Shown one piece after another: positions 1-9,504 of a DNA stretch of 64,000 bases. Below the pieces are notes generated by a model. The model had not been told where the DNA came from, ran no database searches, and was given only the letters and a program-made list of their open reading frames with translations. The position numbers were made by a program, and so were the translations under genes. Every line of letters starts with the position of its first letter. Positions within the stretch are counted from its first letter, which is position 1. This stretch comes from Candidatus Aminicenantes bacterium (GTDB lineage: Bacteria; Acidobacteriota; Aminicenantia; Aminicenantales; JAFGBC01): assembly GCA_963702005.1 (NCBI GenBank), contig OY969696.1, positions 2,048,001-2,112,000 on the forward strand. Direction: 5' to 3'.

Positions 1-57
1 AGGCCGAAGAGGAACACTGACGAGCGGCGCCGTCCGCCGCGCCGGATTTATTCTTCC

Positions 58-1719
58 TTATTTCTTGCGGACCCCCCCCGAAGGGTGCGAACCCGAAGAC
101 CCGTGCGAGGAAGACGACCCCCGCGAGGAGGAGGGCGATGACCTCGTCCCCGACGACCGCGAACTCGACGACCGGGGCGAGGAGTAGCTCCTGGTGGAGC
201 CGCGGGATGACGGCCCTTCGCCCGTGATCGATCTATAGATCCGGCTCAGGAAGGAGCCGGAATCGCCGCTCGATTCGCGGTCGAAATAGCGGCGGAGCGT
301 GATATCGGGCGAGGAGTCGAATCTGCGGATCCTTCGTTCCCCGGGCTGCAGCGATGGAGCGTCGAGGCCGATTCCCCTGAGATCACGTCCGGGGAATTCG
401 CTCGGCTCGCGGAGAAGGCCGCCCTCCCGGAACTCGCGCGGGACGAGGCGCTCGGCGCTTTCGTCCTTGCGAAGGAGGAACCGGTTTCCGTCCAGGGGGT
501 CCGCCCTCAGAGAGCCGGGGCCGGGCCGGACAGTCGGCGCCTGGGCGCCCAAGCGGATATCGCCGACGTCGCGAAGGGCGTCATGAGACAGGGCGACTTT
601 CGAGACGTCCTTGGCTTTGAGCTGGTCCTTGCGGACGACGGTCATCACCCGCGAGTCGTGAGGATAATGGTGATCGTTCCAGTGATCGTAGAAGACGTTG
701 CCCATCATAACGCAAGGATAGCCCCAGTAGGACAGCGGCGCCCAGCCGAAATAATAATCATCCCACCACCAATCGACCCACGCCGGACCCCAATAGGCCA
801 TCGGGATCCAATACCAGCCGAGGCCCATATTCCAACCCCAGCGGCCGTAATGATGGGTGGCCCAACCCCAAGGCTCATAGGGCACCCAGGTCCAGCCGCA
901 GAGGGGGAGCCAGGTCCAGCTTCCGTTGTGATAGGGATACCAGCCGGCGTCGAGGCCCCTCGGCGCCCAGACCCAGCCGTAGGGCTCGACCTGGTTCCAG
1001 TCGCCGTAAGAGTCCAGCTCGCCCTCGAAATCCTCGAGCTCGTTGGGAAGGCGACGCTCGGCGATGACGGTCTTCAGCTTCGCCTCCCGGGCCTCGTTCC
1101 AATCGTCGAACGCGTCCGCGGCCGTGGCCATGAAAGAGGCCGGCTTGGACGCGATCCGTCCCTGCGAGGCGGCGAGCTTCTGCTCGCCCTTGACCAGGAC
1201 CGAGCCTTCCTCCCCGGAAGCCTCGACGACGCCCCGGAAGACGAGGATTTCGCTCTCGGCGTTCTCCTTGACGTCGAGACGGTAGAGGCCGTTATCGAGG
1301 ATGTAGAAAGTGGCGTCGGCCGTTTGAAGCTCGACGGCCCTTTCCTTGCGCAGGTCCCGGACGTTGATGTAGATGCTCCCCGTCCAGAGCCGAAGCTTGG
1401 TGCGGTCCGTGCCCTTCTTGGGAAACTCGACGAAATCGATCTTGGTATTCTTGTCGAGCCTGAGGTAGCTCCGGTCGCCCAAATAAACTTCGGCGCGCCC
1501 GTCGGTCGTGCCCAGGCGGTCGCCCTCGCCGATCGGCGTATTGACGACGCCTTCCTCATAGGCGAGGTCGGAGGCCCTCTGGATGTAGCTCGTTCCTTCG
1601 GTATGGTTGAGCCTGGCGACCGAAGCGTTCGTGTAATTCGTGTCCTCGGCCCGGGCCGGGACAGCCAACGCGGCTAAAAGGACGAGAAGGAATCCCGCGC
1701 CTATCATCGCTTTTTTCAT
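58..1719 (-). CDS. Secreted FecR-domain / DUF6600-like protein
   Basis: Signal peptide; N-terminal FecR-like region (GDRLGTTDGRAEV); Trp-rich repeats (YGWVWAP, PYHNGSW, PWGWATHHYGRW); Ser/Arg-rich tail; RBS AAGGAG upstream. Confidence 0.8.
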   Translation of the reverse strand: MKKAMIGAGFLLVLLAALAVPARAEDTNYTNASVARLNHTEGTSYIQRASDLAYEEGVVNTPIGEGDRLGTTDGRAEVYLGDRSYLRLDKNTKIDFVEFPKKGTDRTKLRLWTGSIYINVRDLRKERAVELQTADATFYILDNGLYRLDVKENAESEILVFRGVVEASGEEGSVLVKGEQKLAASQGRIASKPASFMATAADAFDDWNEAREAKLKTVIAERRLPNELEDFEGELDSYGDWNQVEPYGWVWAPRGLDAGWYPYHNGSWTWLPLCGWTWVPYEPWGWATHHYGRWGWNMGLGWYWIPMAYWGPAWVDWWWDDYYFGWAPLSYWGYPCVMMGNVFYDHWNDHHYPHDSRVMTVVRKDQLKAKDVSKVALSHDALRDVGDIRLGAQAPTVRPGPGSLRADPLDGNRFLLRKDESAERLVPREFREGGLLREPSEFPGRDLRGIGLDAPSLQPGERRIRRFDSSPDITLRRYFDRESSGDSGSFLSRIYRSITGEGPSSRGSTRSYSSPRSSSSRSSGTRSSPSSSRGSSSSHGSSGSHPSGGVRKK

Positions 1720-1893
1720 GGCCGTTTACTCCTTTTGGGGAAGAAATTAGCTTTTTCCCGGGTGACTCCCACCTTCAATTTAGCAAGAATTATGCCATTT
1801 ATCCAGCCTGATCTGGGCCGGCGGCCGGGGAAAACCTGTCCGCTTTTGATGACACCTGGAACCGGCAGGGGCCTTACAAACCCAACCTTGCAG

Positions 1894-2108
1894 CACTCAG
1901 ACTAAGCCGAAAACGGCTTAGTCTGGGTACTGCGAAACGCCTGCACTCATACTAAGCCGTTTCCGGCTTAGTATGGGTGTCGAGGGGTTGACCCGTTCGC
2001 CGAGGCTCAGGGTTACCCCTATACAAGCCCCGGCGCTTCGTCTGTACTCATGGAGGCGTGCTAACGGCCATGAGTGCCGTCTGATGGCCGGGGTGTCGAG
2101 GGGTTGAC
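1894..2108. repeat. Composite palindromic element (family C, copy 1) preceded by two ACTAAGCCG-N4-CGGCTTAGT hairpins
   Basis: Two near-identical hairpins at ~1894-1979, then TTGACCCGTTCGCCGAGGCTCAGGGTT...AAGCCCCGGC...GCCGGGGTGTCGAGGGGTTGAC, homologous to 6383-6494 and 57654-57765. Confidence 0.7.
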
Positions 2109-2173
2109 AACCTTCCCGGGTCAACGATATGTTCAGGGCGTGGCAATTCGATCGAAAAACGGAGGATGCGTTT

Positions 2174-3742
2174 ATGATTAAAAGGAAAATTCTCGTCCTC
2201 GGTCCGGCTGTCGTATCTCTGCTTTTATTTGGATTTTCGTCCGTCCTGCTCGCCGAGGTTCGGCTGCCCGCCGTTATCGGCGATCACATGGTCGTCCAGC
2301 GGGAAAAGCCCTTTTCGATCTGGGGTTGGGCCGGCCGGGGAGAGACGGTCACGGTCCTTTTCGCGGGCCGGGAAGCCAAGATCCGAGCGGATGCCGACGG
2401 CGCCTGGCGCGTCAGCCTGGATTCTCTCCAGCCGGGGATCGGGCCGCTCGATATGATCGTTCGGGGGGAGCGGGGTTCGGAGAAGGTCGTCCGCGACATC
2501 CTGGTCGGCGAAGTCTGGCTGTGCTCGGGCCAATCCAACATGGAATGGCCGCTCTGGGCGCTCCAGAGCCCGGTCCCCGAACTCTTGAGGGCCAATGACC
2601 CCAGCCTGAGGCTTTTCCTTGTTCCCAAGCGGACTTCCGATCGGCCCGAGCCCGATGTCGTCGCCGGCTGGACTCCCTGCACGCCCGAAACAGCCGGGCC
2701 GTTCTCGGCGGTCGCTTATTATTTCGGCCTCGAGCTCAGGAAAGCGCTGGGCGTGCCGGTGGGATTGATCGAGTCGGCCTGGGGCGGAACGGCCATCGAG
2801 CCCTGGACGCCTCCGGCCGGGTTCGAGGCCGTTCCCGAAGTCACACCCATCTTGACCGGGCTCGCGGACAAGACCGCCGAATACAAGAAGAGCCTCGCGC
2901 GCGCCCTTCCCGTTTGGGACGGCTGGGTCCGCGAGAGCCGAAAAGCGATCGCGGCGAATTCCGAGCTTCCCCGCAGACCCGCACCGCTCGTTCACCCCCT
3001 CGACGACCCCCAGGCTCCGACCGCCCTCTATAACGGCATGATCCATCCCCTCGTCAATTTCGCGATCCGCGGCGCGATCTGGTACCAGGGGGAAAGCAAC
3101 CGGAACGATTGCCTGCTCTACGAAAAGAAAATGGAAGCCCTCATCCGGGGCTGGCGCGAGGTCTGGAAGCTCGGCGATTTGCCGTTCGGTTATGTTCAGC
3201 TCGCTCCGTATAACTACCCCTATGACCGGGAGATTCCGAACGGCGACGTCCCGGACTTCTTCCGCCTGCCCCTCATTTGGGAAGCCCAAGTGAATACCCT
3301 TCGTCTCCCCAACACGGGGATGGCTATCGTGACCGACATCACCGACCTCAACGATATCCACCCGCGCGACAAGAAGGATGTCGGAGCGCGGCTCGCGCTC
3401 TGGGCTCGCGCCAAGGTCTACGGAGAGACCGGCCTCGTCTATTCCGGGCCGCTGTTCAGATCCATGACGGTCGAAGTGGACAAAGCGCGGATTTCCTTTG
3501 ATCACACGGGCGGCGGGCTGATCGCGAATGACGGCCAGCCGCTGAAATGGTTCGAGATCGCGGGGGAGGATGGGATTTTATATAAAGCCGAAGCTGAAAT
3601 TTCCGGCGATACGGTGATTGTTCGGAGTCCGCGGGTTGCGGTCCCGGTCGCGGTCCGGTTCGGCTGGCATCAACTCGCCGTTCCCAACCTGGCCAATAAA
3701 GAAGGGCTGCCGGCCTCGCCCTTCCGGACCGACCGCTGGTGA
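2174..3742 (+). CDS. Sialate O-acetylesterase (SASA family)
   Basis: Motifs GEVWLCSGQSNM, WYQGESN, DIHP; signal peptide; GGAGG at 2161 supports ATG 2174. Confidence 0.88.
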   Translation: MIKRKILVLGPAVVSLLLFGFSSVLLAEVRLPAVIGDHMVVQREKPFSIWGWAGRGETVTVLFAGREAKIRADADGAWRVSLDSLQPGIGPLDMIVRGERGSEKVVRDILVGEVWLCSGQSNMEWPLWALQSPVPELLRANDPSLRLFLVPKRTSDRPEPDVVAGWTPCTPETAGPFSAVAYYFGLELRKALGVPVGLIESAWGGTAIEPWTPPAGFEAVPEVTPILTGLADKTAEYKKSLARALPVWDGWVRESRKAIAANSELPRRPAPLVHPLDDPQAPTALYNGMIHPLVNFAIRGAIWYQGESNRNDCLLYEKKMEALIRGWREVWKLGDLPFGYVQLAPYNYPYDREIPNGDVPDFFRLPLIWEAQVNTLRLPNTGMAIVTDITDLNDIHPRDKKDVGARLALWARAKVYGETGLVYSGPLFRSMTVEVDKARISFDHTGGGLIANDGQPLKWFEIAGEDGILYKAEAEISGDTVIVRSPRVAVPVAVRFGWHQLAVPNLANKEGLPASPFRTDRW

Positions 3743-3746
3743 TGTA

Positions 3747-6281
3747 TCAATCGCGGCGCGGGCGTCCTTCGTTCCAGACGATGTCGCCCGTCTCGAGGCT
3801 CCAGTCATTTCCGAACCAGCCGATCGCCCGGACGCCGTCGGGCCCGGAGCGCAGGGTTTCCGCCGTGAAAAGCAAGAGGTCGGGGAAACCGGCCCCGGAG
3901 ATGAAATACTGGCCGGGCGAAGCCGCGACCCAGCCCGCCCGTCCGGTCCAGGACACGACACCCACCGAAGCGACATCGCTTCCGGGCCGCGGCCAGACGA
4001 AATAGGCCGCCAGGTCGGAGCCGGTATAGCGCCTCTTTCCGGCTCGCGCCCATCCGCTATGGACTTCAACGGGACACCCGGCCAGAAGCTTCGGCCAGGC
4101 GGCGTTCGTGTCGGCGTTTCCGTAGAGGATGACGCTCCGGTCCATGAATCGGGCCGGGTCGAACGCCGTGTCGGGCAGAACCTCGATGCCCGCGTTGCCG
4201 CGGACCCAGAACATCTCGGCGTCGAACCGCGCCTTCCCGAAAGCGCGGGCGTCCTCGGCTGCGTCGCCACGCGTTCCGTAGACAAAGACGAAGCCGTGGC
4301 GGAAAGCGTCCTTGAAGCCGCCGGAACGGCGCGGGCCTTTCAAGGCCGGGTCGGGCGGCCCGGCGGCCAGCCAGCCTTTCTCGCCGCGCTCCAAGAAGAT
4401 GCTGGTCGTTCCCGGCGCCGGCGTAGCCTCAACGCGCGAGCCGTCGAGTTCAATCGTGACCGCGCCGCCCGCGGCGATGGACGGAACGTCGATCGCCAGC
4501 CTTGCGACGTTTTCCGTCGTTCCCTTGAATGTCTTCCCTGCCTCGTCTTTTTCGACCGCGACCTTACTGTATTCGAGGGGGCGCGTCTGAGCCAGAATTT
4601 CAATCCAGCGCGAGCGCGACGAGATCCCCGGGTTGGCGGTCACGAATTCGACCTTCCTCGCCTCGGCGTCCGACGGCCGGATCCGGTCTTTGAGGAATTC
4701 GAAAAGGGGCGGCCAGTCGACGCACTCGTTCCCCCACCAATGGCCTGCCCCCGGCCGCTCGTAATAGCTGAAGTCGGGGTGAAACGTCCCCAGAAGCTCG
4801 CGCATGAACCGGGCCTCGTCAACGGGCACATTGTCGTCCTGGTCGCCGTGGAGGATGTAGACGCCGTAGTGGAGGAAATTGCGGGCGAGGGCCGTTGTTT
4901 CGCTTGGATTGTTCGCCCTGGCCAGCATGCGCTCGACCGGCGACGGGTCTTTGTAAACGACTCCGCCGCCGTAGGATGTGAAACTTCGCCAGCCGGCGCT
5001 CGGCGCGATGGCCGCCCAGAGGCCGGGGACCGTCGCCCCAACCTGCCATGTGCCGTGGCCGCCCATGGAGTGACCGGTCAGATAGGTGCGGGCCGGGTCG
5101 GTCCCGAAAAGCCGGGAGGCTTCGGCCAGGACTTCGAGGGCGTCGAGGCGGCCCCAATCTTCCCAGTCGAATCCGTACGGACGCCGGTTCGTCGGCGCCA
5201 CGACATAGGCCCAATCCTTAGGCTTGTAGGCGCGCGCTTGGTTGATGGCATCGACTCCGGCACCGTGAAGGGACAGGATGAGGGCGGGTTTTGTCTCCGT
5301 CCGCGTCCCACCGCTCGCGAGCATGGGCGCCACGGCAAAGAGCTGGACGCTGCCGTCGATGCCGCTTACGAAGGTACGCGTGTGATGCGCTGCGGGCGAG
5401 AGAGCTTTGAGCTCGATCGTGAGCGGCGGGGTCTCGACGGTCCTGCGGCCGGCGCGGACTCGTGCCCTGATATCGATCGGGATCGTTCCCTCGACGGACG
5501 GCGCGTCGAGGGACAAGGGGACTGCCAGCTTCTGTGTCATGAAAGGAGCGATGGATACGTCCAGTCCGGCCCGGCTATCGCGTCCCGCCGTGCGATAAAG
5601 GACCACGATTTTATCGAGCCTTTCACCCGTCGCATTGACCAGGCGGAGGCCCGCCCAGAACGGCCCTTTTTCTCCGAGGACGAGGTCCGGGAGCGTCATG
5701 TCCCGGTCGGTGAAAAAAACCTCGGCCGGCGGCTCGAAAAGCCGGCCGCGGAAGCGCCCGCGCTCGCCCTTGAAGAGGAGCTCGTTACGGCCCTTGATGA
5801 GCCGGACCGGGTGGCGGACCCAATCCGCGCCGTATTTCTCGCCGCCGCGAGGTTCGCCGTTGATGCGGGCGACATAATATCCGGAGGCCTCGAGAATCAT
5901 GGTTCTGGGCCGCTCGGAATCGATCACTATGAAGAGGGCGCCGCCCGAAAGGGCGGGATTATCGATCCAGCCGTCGGCGCCGGATTCGACAACGGCCCAG
6001 CTTTGCGGCTGGCCCTGGTCGTTCGCGCCGATGACGAGTCCCTCGCGCGGCGCGGCCATGGTCCCTGCGGCGAGTTGCCAGGCGAGGAGGTCGGATGGGA
6101 TCGCCGAGCGTCCGAAACGGCCGATGGGACCGACGGCCAATCCTTTCGTCAAGCCGATCTCTTTGGCCGTGCCCGTCAGAGTAAGTATAGGCGCCGGCGT
6201 TTCGATGGCCATTCCGGCAGCGGCCAGAAACACGCAACAGGCGAGCAGACAAGCTTTCCGACGACGGGAAAATCGTATCAT
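3747..6281 (-). CDS. Secreted alpha/beta-hydrolase (prolyl oligopeptidase/esterase-like)
   Basis: LHG motif, GHSMGG nucleophile elbow, HGDQDDNVP, GAGHWW; signal peptide. Confidence 0.8.
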   Translation of the reverse strand: MIRFSRRRKACLLACCVFLAAAGMAIETPAPILTLTGTAKEIGLTKGLAVGPIGRFGRSAIPSDLLAWQLAAGTMAAPREGLVIGANDQGQPQSWAVVESGADGWIDNPALSGGALFIVIDSERPRTMILEASGYYVARINGEPRGGEKYGADWVRHPVRLIKGRNELLFKGERGRFRGRLFEPPAEVFFTDRDMTLPDLVLGEKGPFWAGLRLVNATGERLDKIVVLYRTAGRDSRAGLDVSIAPFMTQKLAVPLSLDAPSVEGTIPIDIRARVRAGRRTVETPPLTIELKALSPAAHHTRTFVSGIDGSVQLFAVAPMLASGGTRTETKPALILSLHGAGVDAINQARAYKPKDWAYVVAPTNRRPYGFDWEDWGRLDALEVLAEASRLFGTDPARTYLTGHSMGGHGTWQVGATVPGLWAAIAPSAGWRSFTSYGGGVVYKDPSPVERMLARANNPSETTALARNFLHYGVYILHGDQDDNVPVDEARFMRELLGTFHPDFSYYERPGAGHWWGNECVDWPPLFEFLKDRIRPSDAEARKVEFVTANPGISSRSRWIEILAQTRPLEYSKVAVEKDEAGKTFKGTTENVARLAIDVPSIAAGGAVTIELDGSRVEATPAPGTTSIFLERGEKGWLAAGPPDPALKGPRRSGGFKDAFRHGFVFVYGTRGDAAEDARAFGKARFDAEMFWVRGNAGIEVLPDTAFDPARFMDRSVILYGNADTNAAWPKLLAGCPVEVHSGWARAGKRRYTGSDLAAYFVWPRPGSDVASVGVVSWTGRAGWVAASPGQYFISGAGFPDLLLFTAETLRSGPDGVRAIGWFGNDWSLETGDIVWNEGRPRRD

Positions 6282-6382
6282 GGGATTTCCTTTCGATGAT
6301 CATAGCGCCGGCTCCCGGGCCCGGTCAAGGTCTATCCGGCGCGTTTTCCTGGGATGCCTGATCAATCAAACGGATCCCTCGG

Positions 6383-6494
6383 TTGACCCGTTCGCCGACG
6401 CCAAGCCCCGCCTTTCAAGGCGGGGATGAGAGCGAGGCTCAGGGTTAATCATTAATAAGCCCCGGCCTTCAGGCCGGGGAGTCGATGATTTGAC
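6383..6494. mobile_element. Non-autonomous palindromic element (family C, copy 2) with IS200/IS605-like hairpins
   Basis: Bounded by TTGAC...TTGAC; contains AAGCCCCGCCTTTCAAGGCGGGG and AAGCCCCGGCCTTCAGGCCGGGG; near-identical to 57654-57765. Confidence 0.65.
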
Positions 6495-6518
6495 ACCGCC
6501 AGGTTTTCTACTTACTAT
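6490..6518 (+). promoter_or_regulatory. Sigma70-type promoter for the TPR gene
   Basis: TTGACA (6490-6495), 17 bp spacer, TACTAT (6513-6518). Confidence 0.55.
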
Positions 6519-6539
6519 TCAAATAGGGGAGAAGGTCTC

Positions 6540-7328
6540 ATGAAAAAAAGCGAAGTCTTTCTGGTTGGACTCGCGGTTTGGGCCCTTGCTCAAGCCGTTC
6601 CCGCTCAAGACAAGAATCTCGCCCTGCTCAACGAATACTCGATACTCTCCGGCCATATCGAAAAAGCCAAAACGGCTTTCCAGAGGAATAATCTGACTAA
6701 ATGCGAACAAGAAGTCCTCTTCTGCCTCGAGAGGCTGGCGGAGCACCACGAGGCCCATTTCCTGCAGTCGCAGATTCTCTACAAGAGGGCCGAGTTCGAG
6801 AAAGCGCTCGAGCACATTCAGGCGGCCGAAGAGGGGTATCTCAAGATGACCGAGGCGGCCGCCGTGCTTGAACAGCAGAAGATGAAGGAGCAGATGGACA
6901 GCGTGGGCATCCTGATCGACGATGCCCGCGAAGCGGCGGCGGCCGAGGATGCGGCCAATAAAAGAGGATCCTGCGCGGTCGAAAGATACGGCAAGGCCGC
7001 CCAGGACGCTAAGAATAAGCTAAGCAAAGAAGAGAGGCTGGACGAAACGGGCCGGGCCAAGGAGATCTCTCCAATTCCGCCCAATTACCTCTATTTTCAT
7101 GGAAACTGCCTCTTCCGGCTCAAGCGGCGGCCGGAAGCAGAAGCCCAATACCTGCTGGCCATAAAAGCCGATCCGCGCTGTGGCGAGGCCTACAACAACT
7201 TGATCAACCTCCTGTTCATGGAGAAGCGGCTGGACGAAGCCCGCACTTACCTATCCCAGGCCGAGGCCTATGAGGCCGTTATCAATCCCGGTTTGAAAAA
7301 GGCCGTGTTGGAGAAAGCCGGAAAATAA
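6540..7328 (+). CDS. Secreted tetratricopeptide repeat protein
   Basis: Signal peptide; TPR-like helices (AHFLQSQILYKRAEFEKA, EAYNNLINLLF). Confidence 0.75.
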   Translation: MKKSEVFLVGLAVWALAQAVPAQDKNLALLNEYSILSGHIEKAKTAFQRNNLTKCEQEVLFCLERLAEHHEAHFLQSQILYKRAEFEKALEHIQAAEEGYLKMTEAAAVLEQQKMKEQMDSVGILIDDAREAAAAEDAANKRGSCAVERYGKAAQDAKNKLSKEERLDETGRAKEISPIPPNYLYFHGNCLFRLKRRPEAEAQYLLAIKADPRCGEAYNNLINLLFMEKRLDEARTYLSQAEAYEAVINPGLKKAVLEKAGK

Positions 7329-7592
7329 TAAAGGCTGGGAACGGCTATCGATGAGGACGAAATCCCCCTTCCGTCCCGCCGCCGCGTAGAGTTGCGATAA
7401 GTTCCGGACGCGGGGAACAGAGCGGCCCTATTCGTAGCGAAGGTCTCGCTTGCGGCGGCCGAAGCTTTCCGCTATTATGGAGCGCTTGAAGTCATCGACA
7501 ATCTTGGGAAGGCTGATTTCAGCTAGGCGACGAAGCGCCATTGATATGCTGCCCGCCAAGATTAAGTAAAAAAGATGAAGAGGAGACAGACC

Positions 7593-8429
7593 GTGAAAAA
7601 GACATTGATCGTTCTGATGAGCGTTTTGTTTCTCTTGCTGGCGACGGGCGTCTTCGCCCAGCAGCCGGATAACCCCGGCTATAAGGACCACCCGCTTTTC
7701 CCCACGCGCATGCCGGAATACCGCATCGCGAACTGCAAGGTCGAGGATTTCGGGGTCTACGAATTCTTCGCGACGAAGGGCCCCAAGACCCCGGTCGAAG
7801 GCAAATTCACCTTCATCACCTACGCGTTCACCGGACAACGGACCAACGAACCCAGCGGTCTTGCCGTTGTCCGGAACTACGAGAACGCCATCCAGAAGGC
7901 GGGGGGCATCATCCTCCAGATTGTGCCGGAGCGGTGGGTGAACGGGAAGATCGTCAAGAATGGCCAGGAAGCGTGGGTGCAGATCGAGAAGGGGAACGGG
8001 ACGATCTGGCTGCGGATCGTTGAGAAGAAAGCGATGGAGCAATATATCGAAGCGGACGCGGCGGCCTTGGGCAACGACATCAGGGCCACAGGCCACGCGG
8101 CGGTCTACGGCATCTATTTCGATACCGGCAAGTCCGCCATCAAACCCGAGTCGGCCCAGGCCATCGGGGAGATCGCCAAGCTCCTGACAGCCGACCCGGG
8201 CCTCAAGGTCTATGTGGTGGGGCACACGGACAACGTGGGCGGCGTGGACAGCAACATCAAGCTCTCCCAAGACCGGGCTGAAGCCGTCCTCCAGGCGCTC
8301 GTCCGCGACCACGGCATCGCCCCTGACCGTCTGAGAGCCTCCGGGTGCGGCCCGTTTGCGCCAGTTGCGTCCAACGACAGCGAGGAGGGCCGGGCCAAGA
8401 ACCGCCGGGTCGAACTGGTCAAGCAATAA
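7593..8429 (+). CDS. OmpA family protein (DUF4892-like N-terminus)
   Basis: C-terminal OmpA motifs IYFDTGKS, VGHTD, LSQDRA, NRRVE; GTG start after AGGAG. Confidence 0.85.
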   Translation: MKKTLIVLMSVLFLLLATGVFAQQPDNPGYKDHPLFPTRMPEYRIANCKVEDFGVYEFFATKGPKTPVEGKFTFITYAFTGQRTNEPSGLAVVRNYENAIQKAGGIILQIVPERWVNGKIVKNGQEAWVQIEKGNGTIWLRIVEKKAMEQYIEADAAALGNDIRATGHAAVYGIYFDTGKSAIKPESAQAIGEIAKLLTADPGLKVYVVGHTDNVGGVDSNIKLSQDRAEAVLQALVRDHGIAPDRLRASGCGPFAPVASNDSEEGRAKNRRVELVKQ

Positions 8430-8478
8430 GACCGGAAGATGTCCGGCCAATCTAGCCCGAATGGGTCGGCCGCATAGA

Positions 8479-9504
8479 TCAGATAGGCCAAAACATTCGG
8501 AATTGCCCGACGATCGGCTTGAGCTCGGACTGGAGTTCGGGAGACGGAGCGGCCGGGATTCGCGGTCGCGGCGCCCGCTCGCTGAGCTGCCGGAGGACGG
8601 CTCGCACGCCTTCCTTCAATCCTTTCCCGTTGTAGCCGCCTTCGAGGACCAGGGCCAGCCTTCCGCCGCAGCATTCCCGGGCGATATCCATAAGCTCGGC
8701 GGTCAAAGCGCCGAATCCGTCCGCCGTGACCTCCATCCCGCCCAGCGGATCCCCGCCGTAGATGTCGAATCCGGCCGACACGATTATGAATTCTGGCTTG
8801 TAGATCAGCGCGGCCGGCTTGAGAATCGTCCTGTAGATGTGGAGATAATCCGCGTCGCCCTTGCCCGCCCCGAGCGGGACGTTGAGCGTATATCCTTCGC
8901 CCGGCCCTTGGCCGATCTCGCGCCAATGGCCGCTCCCGGGATAGAGCGGGAATTGGTGGGTCGAGAAGTAAAAGACCTTGTCCGTGGCGTAGAAGGACTT
9001 CTGCGTTCCGTTCCCGTGATGGAGGTCCCAGTCCACGATGAGAATTCGCTTCAAGCCGTGGTCTTCGATGAGCGAGCAGGCGCCGACGGCCGCGCTGTTG
9101 AACAGGCAGAAACCCATGGCCCGGTCCGCCTCGGCATGGTGCCCCGGCGGGCGGACCAGCGCGAAGGCGTTGCCGACGTCTCCCCGCATGACGGTCCCTA
9201 AGGCCTCGATGAAGCCGCCCGCGGCCAGAAATGCCGCCCGGGCCGAGCCGGGAGAGGTTTCCGTATCCTCGTCCAGCGCGACCCGTTCCTTCCCCTCCGT
9301 GTCCCTGATGAGCTTGATGTGGCGTGCCGTGTGGATCCGGGCGATCTCTTCGTCGCGAGCCGGCCGAGCCGGGATTTCGATATAAGCGCCCGGCTCCTCG
9401 TCGAGCATGTCATAGATGACCTCTAGCCGCATCGGGGACTCGACATGGAAATCGCCCGGCTTATGATCGAGGTAGCGGACGTCCCGAACGATCCCCGTCT
9501 TCAT
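8479..9504 (-). CDS. Histone deacetylase family protein
   Basis: RPPGHHA, GFCLFN, DWDLHHGNGTQ, SAGFD, LEGGY; true start MKTGIV overlaps the upstream stop (ATGA). Confidence 0.92.
   Translation of the reverse strand: MKTGIVRDVRYLDHKPGDFHVESPMRLEVIYDMLDEEPGAYIEIPARPARDEEIARIHTARHIKLIRDTEGKERVALDEDTETSPGSARAAFLAAGGFIEALGTVMRGDVGNAFALVRPPGHHAEADRAMGFCLFNSAAVGACSLIEDHGLKRILIVDWDLHHGNGTQKSFYATDKVFYFSTHQFPLYPGSGHWREIGQGPGEGYTLNVPLGAGKGDADYLHIYRTILKPAALIYKPEFIIVSAGFDIYGGDPLGGMEVTADGFGALTAELMDIARECCGGRLALVLEGGYNGKGLKEGVRAVLRQLSERAPRPRIPAAPSPELQSELKPIVGQFRMFWPI

Noticed and set aside
3618-6299. Long antisense ORFs (893 aa here; also 12491-14494, 29069-30442, 2225-3505)
   Set aside because: Shadow ORFs of high-GC genes on the opposite strand with no recognisable motifs.
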